Shown here piece after piece: positions 20,058 through 29,545 of a stretch of DNA of 64,000 nt. Source of the stretch: Planctomycetota bacterium (GTDB lineage: Bacteria > Planctomycetota > UBA1135 > UBA2386); contig OZ245006.1 in the NCBI GenBank assembly GCA_965223545.1, positions 768,001-832,000 of the forward strand. Direction: 5' to 3'. Within the stretch, counting starts at the first letter, position 1. Each line of letters starts with the position of its first letter. The position numbers were made by a program, and so were the translations under genes. The notes below the pieces were generated by a model, which was not told the DNA's origin, searched no databases, and saw only the letters and a program-made list of their open reading frames with translations.

Positions 20058-22115
20058 TCAGGCCGATGCGCCGGCGGGCACGGCGCCCGCGCTGTCTGCG
20101 CTGCCGCGACCACCGCGTTCCGGCTGGTACTCCGGGAGCACGGCGGCCAGGGCACGCCGGAGATCGTCCGCCGCTTGCCCGGGCGCACCCAGCTCGGCGA
20201 CCACCTCTTCGATGTTGCGGTGGAACGATGCCTGCCCGCGCCACACGAACACCTTCTGGCAACGCGTCGCGTCGACCAATTCGTCGGTGAAGCCGAGCTC
20301 TTCGTACATTTTCTCACCCGGGCGAATGCCGGTGAACTGAATCTCGACGTCGACGCCCGGCTCGAGGCCGGACAGTCGAATCATCTGCTCGGCCAAGTCG
20401 ACGATGCGCACCGGCTCGCCCATGTCGAGCACCATGACGTCGCCCCCCTGCGCCAAGCCGGCCGCTTCGAGCACCAGCCGCGACGCCTCGGGAATCGTCA
20501 TCACGAAGCGCGTCATGTCTTGGTGCGTGACCGTCACCGGCCCACCCTTCGCGATCTGCTCGCGGAACAGCGGAATCACGCTTCCCGCCGAGCCGAGCAC
20601 GTTGCCGAAGCGCACCGCGACGAAACGCGTGCTGCTGCTGCGCTGCAGGTGCTGGACGTAGAGCTCGGCGAGGCGCTTGGTCGCGCCCATCACCGAGGTC
20701 GGGTTGACCGCCTTGTCGGTGGAGATCTGCACGAAGCGCTCGGCGCCGTACTCGTGCGCCAAGTCGGCCACTTGCTTGGAGCCGAGCAGGTTGTTCTTGA
20801 TCGCCTCGCCCGGATTGGCCTCCATCATCGGCACGTGCTTGTGCGCCGCCGCGTGGAACACGATCTGCGGCCGGTGCTGCTCGAACACCGCCCGCATCCG
20901 CGCGGCATCGCCGATGCTGCCGATCATCGGCACGATCTCGGTCTGCAGCGCCTTGGCCGACAGCTCGCGGTCGATGTGGAACAGGTTGTTCTCGCAGCTC
21001 TCGACCAGCACCAGCCGCCGTGGCGCCAGCGCCAACAGCTGGCGGCACAGCTCCGAGCCGATGCTGCCGCCGGCGCCGGTGACCAACACGATCTTGTCCG
21101 GCACGATCTTCTCGGCCGCCGAGTCCTCGATCACCACCGGCTCGCGCCCCAGCAAGTCCTCGATGGCGACGTCGCGCATCTGCGAGATGCTGAAGCGCCC
21201 GCTCAGCAGGTCGTGCAGCGCCGGAATGATCTTGGCTTTGAGCCCAGCCGCTTCGCACTCGGCAGTGATCCGCTTGACCAGATCACCGCGCGCACCGGCG
21301 ATGGCGATCAACGCCACTTCCGCCCCGGTGCGCTTGGCGACCCGATGCAGATCACCGACCCGTCCCTGCACCGGGATGCCGTGCACGGCGCGCCCCTGCT
21401 TCTTCGGGTCATCGTCGAGGAACGCGACCGGGACCAGGCCGACGTCGGCGCGGCGCTCGAGCTCGCGCGCGAGCAGGTGCCCGGCGTGACCGGCGCCGAT
21501 GAGGATCGCGGGAACGACGCGGCCGCGCTGGATGCGGTGCCGCAACAACCCGCGCTCGATCTGCATGCGCCGCACGACGCGGATCCCCGCGATCCCCAAC
21601 AACATGAGGACCGCGTCGATCGCGATCACGCCGAGCGGCAGCGCGGTGGCCGAGAGCCCCAGCGGCAGCTGCTGGCCCGCGACCGAGAAGCGCAGCACGG
21701 TGAGCACCAACACCGAGGCCGCGGTTCCGTACATCACCGGCGGCAGCTCGCGCAGACTGACGAGGCTCCAGGGGCAACGCGTCACGCCGAAGGCCCACAA
21801 CGCCAGAAACTGCCCCCCGATCACCCACGGCATCGCCTGCCAGAGCTGCTCGGCGTAGCGCGGCTCCAGCTGCCAGTCGAAGCGGAACAGGAACGCCAGA
21901 CACAACGCCACCGCCAACACCGCCAGGTCGACCAGCGCGCGCAGCGGCGGCGCCATCATCGTCGGCACGTAGTAGTACAACGGCGACCGGCTCGGCCGGC
22001 CACCGGGGGATTCGTCGACCGGGCCGCCCAGATCGATCCGACGCACCGCCCGCGCCGAGGGAATCCACGGAGCCCCGGAGGTCCGTTCTTCTTCTTGGGT
22101 TGTTCCGCGCTTCAT
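20058..22115 (-). CDS. Membrane-bound NDP-sugar 4,6-dehydratase (CapD/PglF/WbpM type)
   Basis: Four TMs, IGAGHAG, IEDLLGR, VTGAGGSIGSELCRQ, HAAAHKHVPMME, STDKAVNPTSVMGATK, RFGNVLGS, GIRPGEK; start may instead be 21959. Confidence 0.95.
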   Translation of the reverse strand: MKRGTTQEEERTSGAPWIPSARAVRRIDLGGPVDESPGGRPSRSPLYYYVPTMMAPPLRALVDLAVLAVALCLAFLFRFDWQLEPRYAEQLWQAMPWVIGGQFLALWAFGVTRCPWSLVSLRELPPVMYGTAASVLVLTVLRFSVAGQQLPLGLSATALPLGVIAIDAVLMLLGIAGIRVVRRMQIERGLLRHRIQRGRVVPAILIGAGHAGHLLARELERRADVGLVPVAFLDDDPKKQGRAVHGIPVQGRVGDLHRVAKRTGAEVALIAIAGARGDLVKRITAECEAAGLKAKIIPALHDLLSGRFSISQMRDVAIEDLLGREPVVIEDSAAEKIVPDKIVLVTGAGGSIGSELCRQLLALAPRRLVLVESCENNLFHIDRELSAKALQTEIVPMIGSIGDAARMRAVFEQHRPQIVFHAAAHKHVPMMEANPGEAIKNNLLGSKQVADLAHEYGAERFVQISTDKAVNPTSVMGATKRLAELYVQHLQRSSSTRFVAVRFGNVLGSAGSVIPLFREQIAKGGPVTVTHQDMTRFVMTIPEASRLVLEAAGLAQGGDVMVLDMGEPVRIVDLAEQMIRLSGLEPGVDVEIQFTGIRPGEKMYEELGFTDELVDATRCQKVFVWRGQASFHRNIEEVVAELGAPGQAADDLRRALAAVLPEYQPERGGRGSADSAGAVPAGASA

Positions 22116-22427
22116 CGTTGCAAGAGGGGCGACCTGCCGAGAGGCCAGGCGTTCCCCGAAGTGGACCGGTGTTATCCGCAAACCGGGAGCCTTTCGGCGC
22201 GGCACCGCGACCACCGGTGCCCTCCGGTGGTCGGGCGGGTAGCCTACCCAATCCTCGGCACGCCCGGGGCCAGGGCGCACCCCCCATTTCGGCCTCGGGA
22301 TTGGCCCGAGGCGCCATCCTAGCCGCAGCCTACCTCAAACGCCGCTCCCACGGCAGTTTCCGCGCCGGTTCCATGTTGCGGCCCACCGTCTTTGTTTGCG
22401 ACTTGCCTCCGGCCGCCTCCGGCGGAG

Positions 22428-23582
22428 TCAGCACCGACTCCAGATGGCGGCCGCTGCGGCGGCAAGCGAGTCGTCTTCACGCACCCGGACCACATGCATC
22501 AGCGGGTCGACCGCTTGAACGGCACCGCGATCGGAGGCATCGCCGTCCTCGAGCGCCAGGACGAGATCCGCGCCGCGCTCCGGCGCCCCGGCACCCGCGC
22601 TCGGCGCGAGGACCAGGTGTCCCCGCGCGCGCAGCCGCGACGCCCGCCGCCATGGGGTCGAGCCGGAGCCGACGACCGTCGGCCACGCCACGACGTCGAA
22701 CTTCGCAGCGAACAAACCGCGCAAGCCGGACACCAGCGACCGCGCCACCGCCCGATCGCTCGCCCGCACCAAGACCAGCATGCCGCCGGCTGCAGCACTG
22801 CGGGCGCGGACCCATGGCACGCCTTGCAGCCGGAGACCCAATGCCCGCCAGACCAGGCTCAGCTCACGCCCCCAACGCCGCGCCGCCGCCGCCGGCCCCG
22901 TCCACGCGACGTGGTCGGCGAGCGCCCGCCAAGCCACCGCGCGCACGCCGAGCAGCGTGTCGACCCTCAGCTCGCGTGCGGCGGTGCTGACCGCGCGCGC
23001 GCCGTCTGCCCCGAGCCAACTGCGCGCGCAAGCCTCGACCTCGGTCAAGTCGCAGTCGCGCAACAGCGCGTCGAGATCGCCAGCGGTCTTCTCGATCCAC
23101 CGGCGCTGCACCTTCGGCTGCCAACGGTCGCGCCAACGCCACAACACCGCCCGCCGCAGGAGCAGCAAGACCACTTCCATCGCCGGTGCGGCTCCCGACA
23201 CCGACGTGCCCGGGATCGGGCAGCGCGCGGCCAGCACCTCGTGCTCGAACGGCAGGCGCAGCCGGTTGAGACGAGGCTCACCGGCGACCATCCGGTAGTG
23301 GACATGGAAGTGCACGAAGCAGCACTGGGCGGCATCGAACGCGAAGTAGTCCTCGAGGCCCGCATCGGCGCGCAGCGCATGCGTGCGCGGCCGCCGAAAC
23401 CCGCTCGCCAACAACGCCGTCGCCAGCGCGGGCGCGTGCTCCGGCTCGACCAACAGATCGATGTCGCCGCGGCCGGCGAGCCCGTCGGCCAGCCGCCGGG
23501 TACCCCGCCACAGGCAGTACGACACCTCGGCATCGGCGAGGTGGGCGAACGCCATCTCGGCGGGCGAACGGGCATCGCTCAT
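22428..23582 (-). CDS. Nucleotidyltransferase-like protein with a degenerate C-terminal NMP-kinase-like domain
   Basis: YCLWRG...GRGDIDLLV (Pol-beta-type DxD), HFHVHY; ATG overlaps the flippase stop; colinear similarity to 27183-28610. Confidence 0.7.
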   Translation of the reverse strand: MSDARSPAEMAFAHLADAEVSYCLWRGTRRLADGLAGRGDIDLLVEPEHAPALATALLASGFRRPRTHALRADAGLEDYFAFDAAQCCFVHFHVHYRMVAGEPRLNRLRLPFEHEVLAARCPIPGTSVSGAAPAMEVVLLLLRRAVLWRWRDRWQPKVQRRWIEKTAGDLDALLRDCDLTEVEACARSWLGADGARAVSTAARELRVDTLLGVRAVAWRALADHVAWTGPAAAARRWGRELSLVWRALGLRLQGVPWVRARSAAAGGMLVLVRASDRAVARSLVSGLRGLFAAKFDVVAWPTVVGSGSTPWRRASRLRARGHLVLAPSAGAGAPERGADLVLALEDGDASDRGAVQAVDPLMHVVRVREDDSLAAAAAAIWSRC

Positions 23583-25126
23583 GCTTTCCCCCCGGCCGAA
23601 CGGCGCCGCAGCTTCGACGAGAGCCACATCCCCGACTGGCCCAGGACGGGCGCGGGCGCCAGGCGCGCGGCGATCGCCACCGGCACCCCGACGCCGGCAA
23701 GCGTGCCCATGAGCACGCCGAGCGGCGACCACGCCGCCGAGCGGAACAGGGTGGCCAGCAGCCAGCCGCCGGTGACGACCGGCGCGGCCAACAGCAGGCC
23801 GTGCACGTGCCACGAGGCGAACACCGACCACCGGATCTGCAGCGCTGCCAAGCTCATCTGGGCCATCACCAGGTAGTTCGCGATGATCGCCACGCCGATC
23901 CCCGCCGCCACTCCAGCGACACCGAACCCGGTGCCCGCCAGCGCTCCGGCGACGACGAGCGCGGTGAACAGCGCCAGCCGCGCGGACCGCTCGTAGACCT
24001 TGCCGGTCGCGCGCGCCAGCGAATCGCTGATCTTGTAGCCGGTGCGGAACACGAGCACCGCAGCCAAGATCTGGAACGGCAGCACCGCGGCATCCCAACC
24101 CGGGCCGAGCACGACCCGCACACACTCCGGGCCGAGCACGACCCCGAGACCACCGGCGGCGGTCATCAGCGACGCGACCAAGCCGATGCCGCGGGAATAC
24201 GTCTCCGCCAACCGTTCGCGGTCGTCTTGAAAGCGCGCCATCATCGGAAACAGCACCCGGTCGAGCACTTCGCCGACGTACATCGCCGGCATCGTCATCA
24301 GCTGGTGTGCGCGGCCGTAGACGCCGAGATCGACCGCGGTCATGCACCGGCCGATGACGACGCGGTCCGCCTGCCCCGCCGAGTACGCGAACAGCCGGCT
24401 GAGCATGAACCCCCCGCCGAAGTACATCAGCTCCGCGGTCGGGCGCCGGCGCGGCAGGATGCCACGCGGATGCGGCCGCGCCGCCACCAGCACGACCGAT
24501 TTGACCGCGGCCTGCGCCAGCTCGGCCGCGGCCAAAGACCAGATTCCGGCACCCGCCATCGCCAGCCCGATGCCGACCGGCATGTACACCGCGGTGAACG
24601 AGAGCAGCTCCGACAGGGCGATGGGGCGCAGCTCCAGATCGCGCTGCAGCAGCGCTTCGGGCACCACGCTCGGCGCCTGCAGCAGGATGGCGAACGCCAT
24701 CCAGCGCAGCAGCTCGAGCAACGACGGCATCTCAAACCACGCCGCGACGGCCGGCGCGCCGATCCACATCGCCGCGACGAACAAGAGCGCGCCGTGCGCC
24801 GACAGCGCGAACGCCGTGCGCACGTGCTCCTCGCCGATCGCGCCACGCTGCACCAGCGCCGGCCCGACCACGACCTGACTCAGCAGGCGGCCGAGACCGA
24901 CCAGCACCCGCGCCGCGGTCACCACGCCGAGCTCGGCAGGGGTCAGGTAGCGGGCCAGCACCGCCAGCAGGACGAACTGGCCGAGACCCTGCGAGCCGAA
25001 CCCCACCGCGGCCCAGGCGAGCCAGCGGACCCCCTTGGAAGGGCCCGCGCTCAACGCCCGCCCCCACCGAGTGGCCAGACCGCTCGCCCGGGGACGGCCG
25101 CCCCCACGGCAGCTTGCGCTTGCCAC
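23579..25126 (-). CDS. wzx: Wzx-type polysaccharide flippase
   Basis: LARYLTPAELG, ALVQR, ALLQRDL, GAGIWSL, DRVVIGR, LGVYGRA, VLFP, VLGPGW; about 12 or more TMs. Confidence 0.92.
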   Translation of the reverse strand: MASASCRGGGRPRASGLATRWGRALSAGPSKGVRWLAWAAVGFGSQGLGQFVLLAVLARYLTPAELGVVTAARVLVGLGRLLSQVVVGPALVQRGAIGEEHVRTAFALSAHGALLFVAAMWIGAPAVAAWFEMPSLLELLRWMAFAILLQAPSVVPEALLQRDLELRPIALSELLSFTAVYMPVGIGLAMAGAGIWSLAAAELAQAAVKSVVLVAARPHPRGILPRRRPTAELMYFGGGFMLSRLFAYSAGQADRVVIGRCMTAVDLGVYGRAHQLMTMPAMYVGEVLDRVLFPMMARFQDDRERLAETYSRGIGLVASLMTAAGGLGVVLGPECVRVVLGPGWDAAVLPFQILAAVLVFRTGYKISDSLARATGKVYERSARLALFTALVVAGALAGTGFGVAGVAAGIGVAIIANYLVMAQMSLAALQIRWSVFASWHVHGLLLAAPVVTGGWLLATLFRSAAWSPLGVLMGTLAGVGVPVAIAARLAPAPVLGQSGMWLSSKLRRRSAGGKA

Positions 25127-25206
25127 CCGCCGATGCCGATGACACAGTCGGGACGCTGCCCTGGCGCGGCGCCCCGCGGGGCTGCCAAGCCCGCCGAGAA
25201 CACGCC

Positions 25207-26442
25207 ATGCACACCGCCGTCGCCGTCATCACCATGATCACCATGGTGCTGTTGCCGCTGCAGTGCGTGGAGCTGCCGCTCAACACCTCGATCCTCGACT
25301 GGTGGAACGCGGCGACGCTGCCGTTGCTGCTGGCCTGGCTGCTGCGCGGCGACCGCCCGGTGCACTTGCCGCTGTTCACCTGCAACGTGCTGATCTGGGT
25401 GTCGGCCCTGGTCGCCAGCTGCGTGTCGCTGTTCCCGACGATGGGGCTCGTCGCCACCATCAAGGAGATCTATCTCTACGCGTGGTTCGTCACCCTGGTC
25501 GGCGTGTTCGCGTACCTCGAGCCGCGCTGGCAACAGCGCATCCTCGCGGTCTGGGTCACGGTCGCTTGCGGCCACGGTCTGTTGATCCTCGCGCAATTCG
25601 AGAGCCCGGCTCTGCTCGACGCAATGAATGCCCGGCTGCGCGGCATCGGTCATCTCGACCCGCACCGACCGTCGGGGCTGATCAACAACTGCAACGCCGC
25701 CGCGGTCTACCAGCTGATGGCGTTCCCGGCGGTGATGATGTGGCGCACTCCGGTCTGGCTGCGCGTCGGCGCCCTCGCGGTGCTGTCGCTCAGCTTGGTC
25801 GGCACGGGTTCGATGGGCGCGCTCGCTGCCGCGATCGCCGGTGCCGCGTTCGGCCTTGCGCTGATTCCAATGCTGTACCGCGACTGGGCGCTGACGATGC
25901 GCTGCATCGTCGCCGCGCTGGTCGGCGGCGCAGTGCTGCTCGGCGTCGGCGCGGTCTGGCTGAGCAACGACCCGGAGCTGGCAGCCCAGCTCGAGGCCAT
26001 GCTGTTCGGCCGCACCGACCGCTCGGCCGGCAGCCGGTTCGAGCTCTGGGGCGCGGGGCTGGCCCTGTGGGCAGAGGGCGGCCACGTGCTCGGCATCGGC
26101 CCGGAAACCTATTGGCAGATCGCGCACAAGGAGCTGCACAACGACGCCATCGCGTTCACCGTCGAACGCGGCATCCTCGGCGTGATCGCGGTGGTCGCAC
26201 TGCCCTCGGTCGTCCTGGTGCGCGCCTTCCACGCCGTGCGGCTGGCGCCGGGAGAACGCGCGCGGCTGGTGTTTCCAGCACTGGTCGTCGCCGCAGTGGT
26301 CGAGTCGCTGACCCACGAGATCCTGCACTGGCGCCAGCTCTGGCTGGCGCTCGCACTGATGGAGGGAGTCATCGCCAGGCACGCGGTGGTCCAGCGCTCC
26401 GCCGGACCGCAACGGTGGCAACTGTCGCCGTCGCCCGCCTGA
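25207..26442 (+). CDS. O-antigen ligase / Wzy polymerase family protein
   Basis: Multi-TM; RPSGLINNCN, TGSMGA, SRFELW, GIGP, ELHNDAIAFTVERGILG. Confidence 0.85.
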   Translation: MHTAVAVITMITMVLLPLQCVELPLNTSILDWWNAATLPLLLAWLLRGDRPVHLPLFTCNVLIWVSALVASCVSLFPTMGLVATIKEIYLYAWFVTLVGVFAYLEPRWQQRILAVWVTVACGHGLLILAQFESPALLDAMNARLRGIGHLDPHRPSGLINNCNAAAVYQLMAFPAVMMWRTPVWLRVGALAVLSLSLVGTGSMGALAAAIAGAAFGLALIPMLYRDWALTMRCIVAALVGGAVLLGVGAVWLSNDPELAAQLEAMLFGRTDRSAGSRFELWGAGLALWAEGGHVLGIGPETYWQIAHKELHNDAIAFTVERGILGVIAVVALPSVVLVRAFHAVRLAPGERARLVFPALVVAAVVESLTHEILHWRQLWLALALMEGVIARHAVVQRSAGPQRWQLSPSPA

Positions 26443-26460
26443 CGCGGTGGCCACCCGCAT

Positions 26461-27186
26461 CTAAACCGCGGTCCCCGAAGCCTTCGGAGCCAGCGCTCCC
26501 ACCCTGTCAGCCAGCCGGGCAGCCTCCCGCTCCAGACTCACCGGCGCGCCGTTGTCGACCACCGTCAACGGCACTCCGGTGTCGCGACCCAGGGCGACGA
26601 CGCGAGTCAGCAGCGCCGCGCACCGGCTCAGGATCTGCGGATCTCGATCCAGCTGGCGATCCACCCGCGAATCGCGCTCCGGCCGGGCGCGGATGCGCGC
26701 CTCGACCAGCGCCAAATCGACCTCGACGAACACGAACAGGTCGGGCAGCGGCGTCGCCAACACCGGCGAGCTCAGCACTTGCAGCGCCCGGTCGGCGTCG
26801 CCCTCAAGCGCCAACGACAGCACCGCCTGCAGCAATCCCTGGTCGAAGAAGTGGATACCGCCCCGCCTCTGCGCGCGACGGGTCAGGCCGCGCACCAGCC
26901 AGAGATTGAACAACAACTTCGCGCCCGAACGCGTCGTCGGCTGGCGGGTCGAGCGCACGAACGACCACGCTTGCAGCGATCGGCGGGGGTGCCGCATCAG
27001 CTCGACAGCCACGTGGCCGAGCTTGGCGAGGACTCGTAGGGGACGCCTTCTACCGTGCGCGAGGTGGTAGCAGGTCTGGTCGACCACGACGCCACGGGCG
27101 GCGAGCTCGCGGGCCGCGGCCCGCGATAGCGCCGACTTGCCGGAGCCCGGCATGCCGACGAACTCGACGCAGACGCCGCGCGTCAT
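26461..27186 (-). CDS. P-loop NMP-kinase-like protein
   Basis: VEFVGMPGSGKS (Walker A), FFDQGLLQ, PDLFVFV, RIRAR...SRVD. Confidence 0.8.
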   Translation of the reverse strand: MTRGVCVEFVGMPGSGKSALSRAAARELAARGVVVDQTCYHLAHGRRRPLRVLAKLGHVAVELMRHPRRSLQAWSFVRSTRQPTTRSGAKLLFNLWLVRGLTRRAQRRGGIHFFDQGLLQAVLSLALEGDADRALQVLSSPVLATPLPDLFVFVEVDLALVEARIRARPERDSRVDRQLDRDPQILSRCAALLTRVVALGRDTGVPLTVVDNGAPVSLEREAARLADRVGALAPKASGTAV

Positions 27187-28610
27187 CGCAGCGCCGCCCA
27201 GAGCGCCGCGCGAACCTGCCGCTGGACGTCCTCGATCGGCGCATCGGCATCGATGACCGCGATGGCAGCACCGCCGAAGCGCATCCGTTGGACCGCATCG
27301 ATCCGGCGGCGGACCTCTTCCCGACTCATCTCCGGCCGGCGCGCCAGCGAGACGTCTTCGGTGACGCACAGCTTGAGCACGAGATCCGGAGGCTTCTGCT
27401 CAGCTTGGCTGTAGGCGCGCCGCTCCCACGCCGCGATTCGGCGCACCCAACCCCAGCGATGCGTCTCCCACGCGGACAGAATCGGTCCGTCGTTGAAGCC
27501 CATGATCTCGTTCTGCGGGTAGCGATCGGAGACCACGACGTGCCCCGCATCGCGCGCGCGCCAGGCGGCACGCAGCTTGCCGCGCTTCTCGTGGCTGAGC
27601 ACCAGAGCCCAGAGCACACGGGCCGCGCGCAGCGGCCACGAGCGCCGCTCGGGGGACGGCGCGGCTTCGCTCGCCGCCGTCTTCTTGGTGGTCGGCTCGG
27701 GCGCCTTTGCCGGCGCCTTCTTCCGACGCCGCAAAAGGCGCAGCACCCAGACCATCGGGCGACGCAGCCAGGAGCTGGGGCCGTCGCCGCTGCCCAGGTA
27801 GGCGGGCTCGAGGCGCAGCACCGGCGCCAGCCATTGCTGCAGCGCCTCCACGGTCGTCGATTTGCCCGCGCCATCACAGCCGAGCAGCGCAATAAGCCGG
27901 CCCGCACCGGCCATCGGCACCGGCAACGCGGACGTCGCAGGCGCGCCCGGTGCCCTCGGCAAAGCTGAGGTGGTCGGCGCGGCGGCGCGGAGCCAGGTCG
28001 CCAGGGCCGCCGCCCCCGCGCCACCGTCGACAAGCGCGGCCACGGCGGCGCCACACGCCGCGCCACCCCACGTGGTCATTCGACTTGCGACCTCCTCTGC
28101 CTCGACCCCCGGCGCGAGCGCCGCCAGCTTCGCGCGCAGCTGCGCCGCGGCTTGCTCATCGGTGCCAGCTTCGACCGCCCAGCGCAGCGCGGTCAGCGCG
28201 AACACGCTCGCCAATGGTAGCACCCCACGGTCGACTGCTTCGCGCAACGCGCCGGCGTTGGGTAGCTCGTACGCAGTGGATCCCACCGCGTAGCGCAGCC
28301 CCTCCGCGACGGTGACCACAGTCGGCAGTTCGCCTTCGCTCCAGTGGGCGAGGCTCACACCGCACAAGCCAGCAGCGATGCCGCGGAGCTCGATCGCGCC
28401 AACCGCGCGCAGTGCATCCACCGCGCTGCCGCGAGCCGATCCTTCGATCAGCACAGCGAGCCGCGGCACGCCGTCGCCGAGCACGCCGTCCTCCCACACG
28501 GTCGCCGGGACCCCGGCCGCGGCCAATGCATCGATCACCGCCCCCCATCGCTCTTCCACAGCGTCCTCGCCGGCCACCGCGACCGCCGTTAGTCGTCCCG
28601 CCGCAGCCAT
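27183..28610 (-). CDS. Thymidylate-kinase-like protein with a degenerate N-terminal nucleotidyltransferase-like region
   Basis: IALLGCDGAGKST, YLGSGDG, VVSDRYP, PDLVLKL, IDADAP; the true start may be a slightly downstream GTG. Confidence 0.8.
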   Translation of the reverse strand: MAAAGRLTAVAVAGEDAVEERWGAVIDALAAAGVPATVWEDGVLGDGVPRLAVLIEGSARGSAVDALRAVGAIELRGIAAGLCGVSLAHWSEGELPTVVTVAEGLRYAVGSTAYELPNAGALREAVDRGVLPLASVFALTALRWAVEAGTDEQAAAQLRAKLAALAPGVEAEEVASRMTTWGGAACGAAVAALVDGGAGAAALATWLRAAAPTTSALPRAPGAPATSALPVPMAGAGRLIALLGCDGAGKSTTVEALQQWLAPVLRLEPAYLGSGDGPSSWLRRPMVWVLRLLRRRKKAPAKAPEPTTKKTAASEAAPSPERRSWPLRAARVLWALVLSHEKRGKLRAAWRARDAGHVVVSDRYPQNEIMGFNDGPILSAWETHRWGWVRRIAAWERRAYSQAEQKPPDLVLKLCVTEDVSLARRPEMSREEVRRRIDAVQRMRFGGAAIAVIDADAPIEDVQRQVRAALWAALR

Positions 28611-29545
28611 GCGACGAACCGCTCGATGCCCTCGTCGAATCCCACCGCCGGCGCGAAACCGAGGGCCGTGCGCGCGGCGTCGGTCTGCGCCCAGGTGCGG
28701 GTGACGTCACCGACCTGCCGCGGCTGCCAGTCGACCACGGCCTCGACCTCGAGCGCGCGCTCCAGCGTCTCGATCATCTCTTTGACCGAAACCACGCGCC
28801 CGCCGCCGAAGTTGAGAATGGCGAAGCCGAGCGGATGGTCCGCGGCACGGGTCAGGCCCTCGACGAGATCGTCGACGTAGGTGAAGTCGCGCACCGCCGA
28901 ACCGTCGCCGAACACCGGGATCGGCGTGCCGGCGCGCATCCGATCGGCAAACTTGCGGATCGCCAGGTCGGGCCGCTGCCGCGGGCCGTACGCGGTGAAG
29001 ATCCGGATGCAGGACACCGACAGGCCGTGCGCGTGGTGGAAGGTGTGGGCCACCAACTCGCCGGCGCGCTTGGTCGCCGCGTACGGCGACACCGGCCGCT
29101 CGACCGGGTCGGTTTCGCAGAACGGCCCGTCCTCGCGCTCGCCGTACACCGACGACGACGAGGCGAACACGAACTGCGGCTTGCCGAACTTGGCCGCGGC
29201 CTCGAGCAGCACCGAGGTGCCGTGCACGTTGACCGAGGCGTACTCCGCGGGGCGCTCCAAGCTGGGCCGCACCCCGGCCAGGGCGGCGAGGTGCACGACG
29301 GCGTCGAACTTGCCGGCCTCGAACACACGGTCGACGACTGCCGCGTCGCGGATGTCGCCCCGGACCAGCGAAAACGCGGGGTTCTGGTTGGCGCGCTCCA
29401 GGTTGCGCAGCTTCTGCGCCTCGGGGTAGTAGGGGTCGAAGTTGTCGAGACCGACGACGGTCCGTCCTTCGGACAGCAGCCGCTCGGTCAACGTCGAGCC
29501 AATGAAGCCGGCGGCGCCGGTGACCAGCACTCGTTTCGCGCTCAT
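28589..29545 (-). CDS. NAD-dependent epimerase (UDP-glucuronate 4-epimerase-like)
   Basis: VTGAAGFIGS, DNFDPYY, HLAALAGVRPS, ASSSSVYG, SPYAATK, YGPRQRPDLA, RDFTYVDD. Confidence 0.95.
   Translation of the reverse strand: MSAKRVLVTGAAGFIGSTLTERLLSEGRTVVGLDNFDPYYPEAQKLRNLERANQNPAFSLVRGDIRDAAVVDRVFEAGKFDAVVHLAALAGVRPSLERPAEYASVNVHGTSVLLEAAAKFGKPQFVFASSSSVYGEREDGPFCETDPVERPVSPYAATKRAGELVAHTFHHAHGLSVSCIRIFTAYGPRQRPDLAIRKFADRMRAGTPIPVFGDGSAVRDFTYVDDLVEGLTRAADHPLGFAILNFGGGRVVSVKEMIETLERALEVEAVVDWQPRQVGDVTRTWAQTDAARTALGFAPAVGFDEGIERFVAWLRRDD

Noticed and set aside
22205..22250. Hairpin GACCACCGG/CCGGTGGTC and GGCGGGTAGC, considered as an ops/JUMPstart element
   Set aside because: Imperfect match and on the opposite strand to the downstream polysaccharide genes
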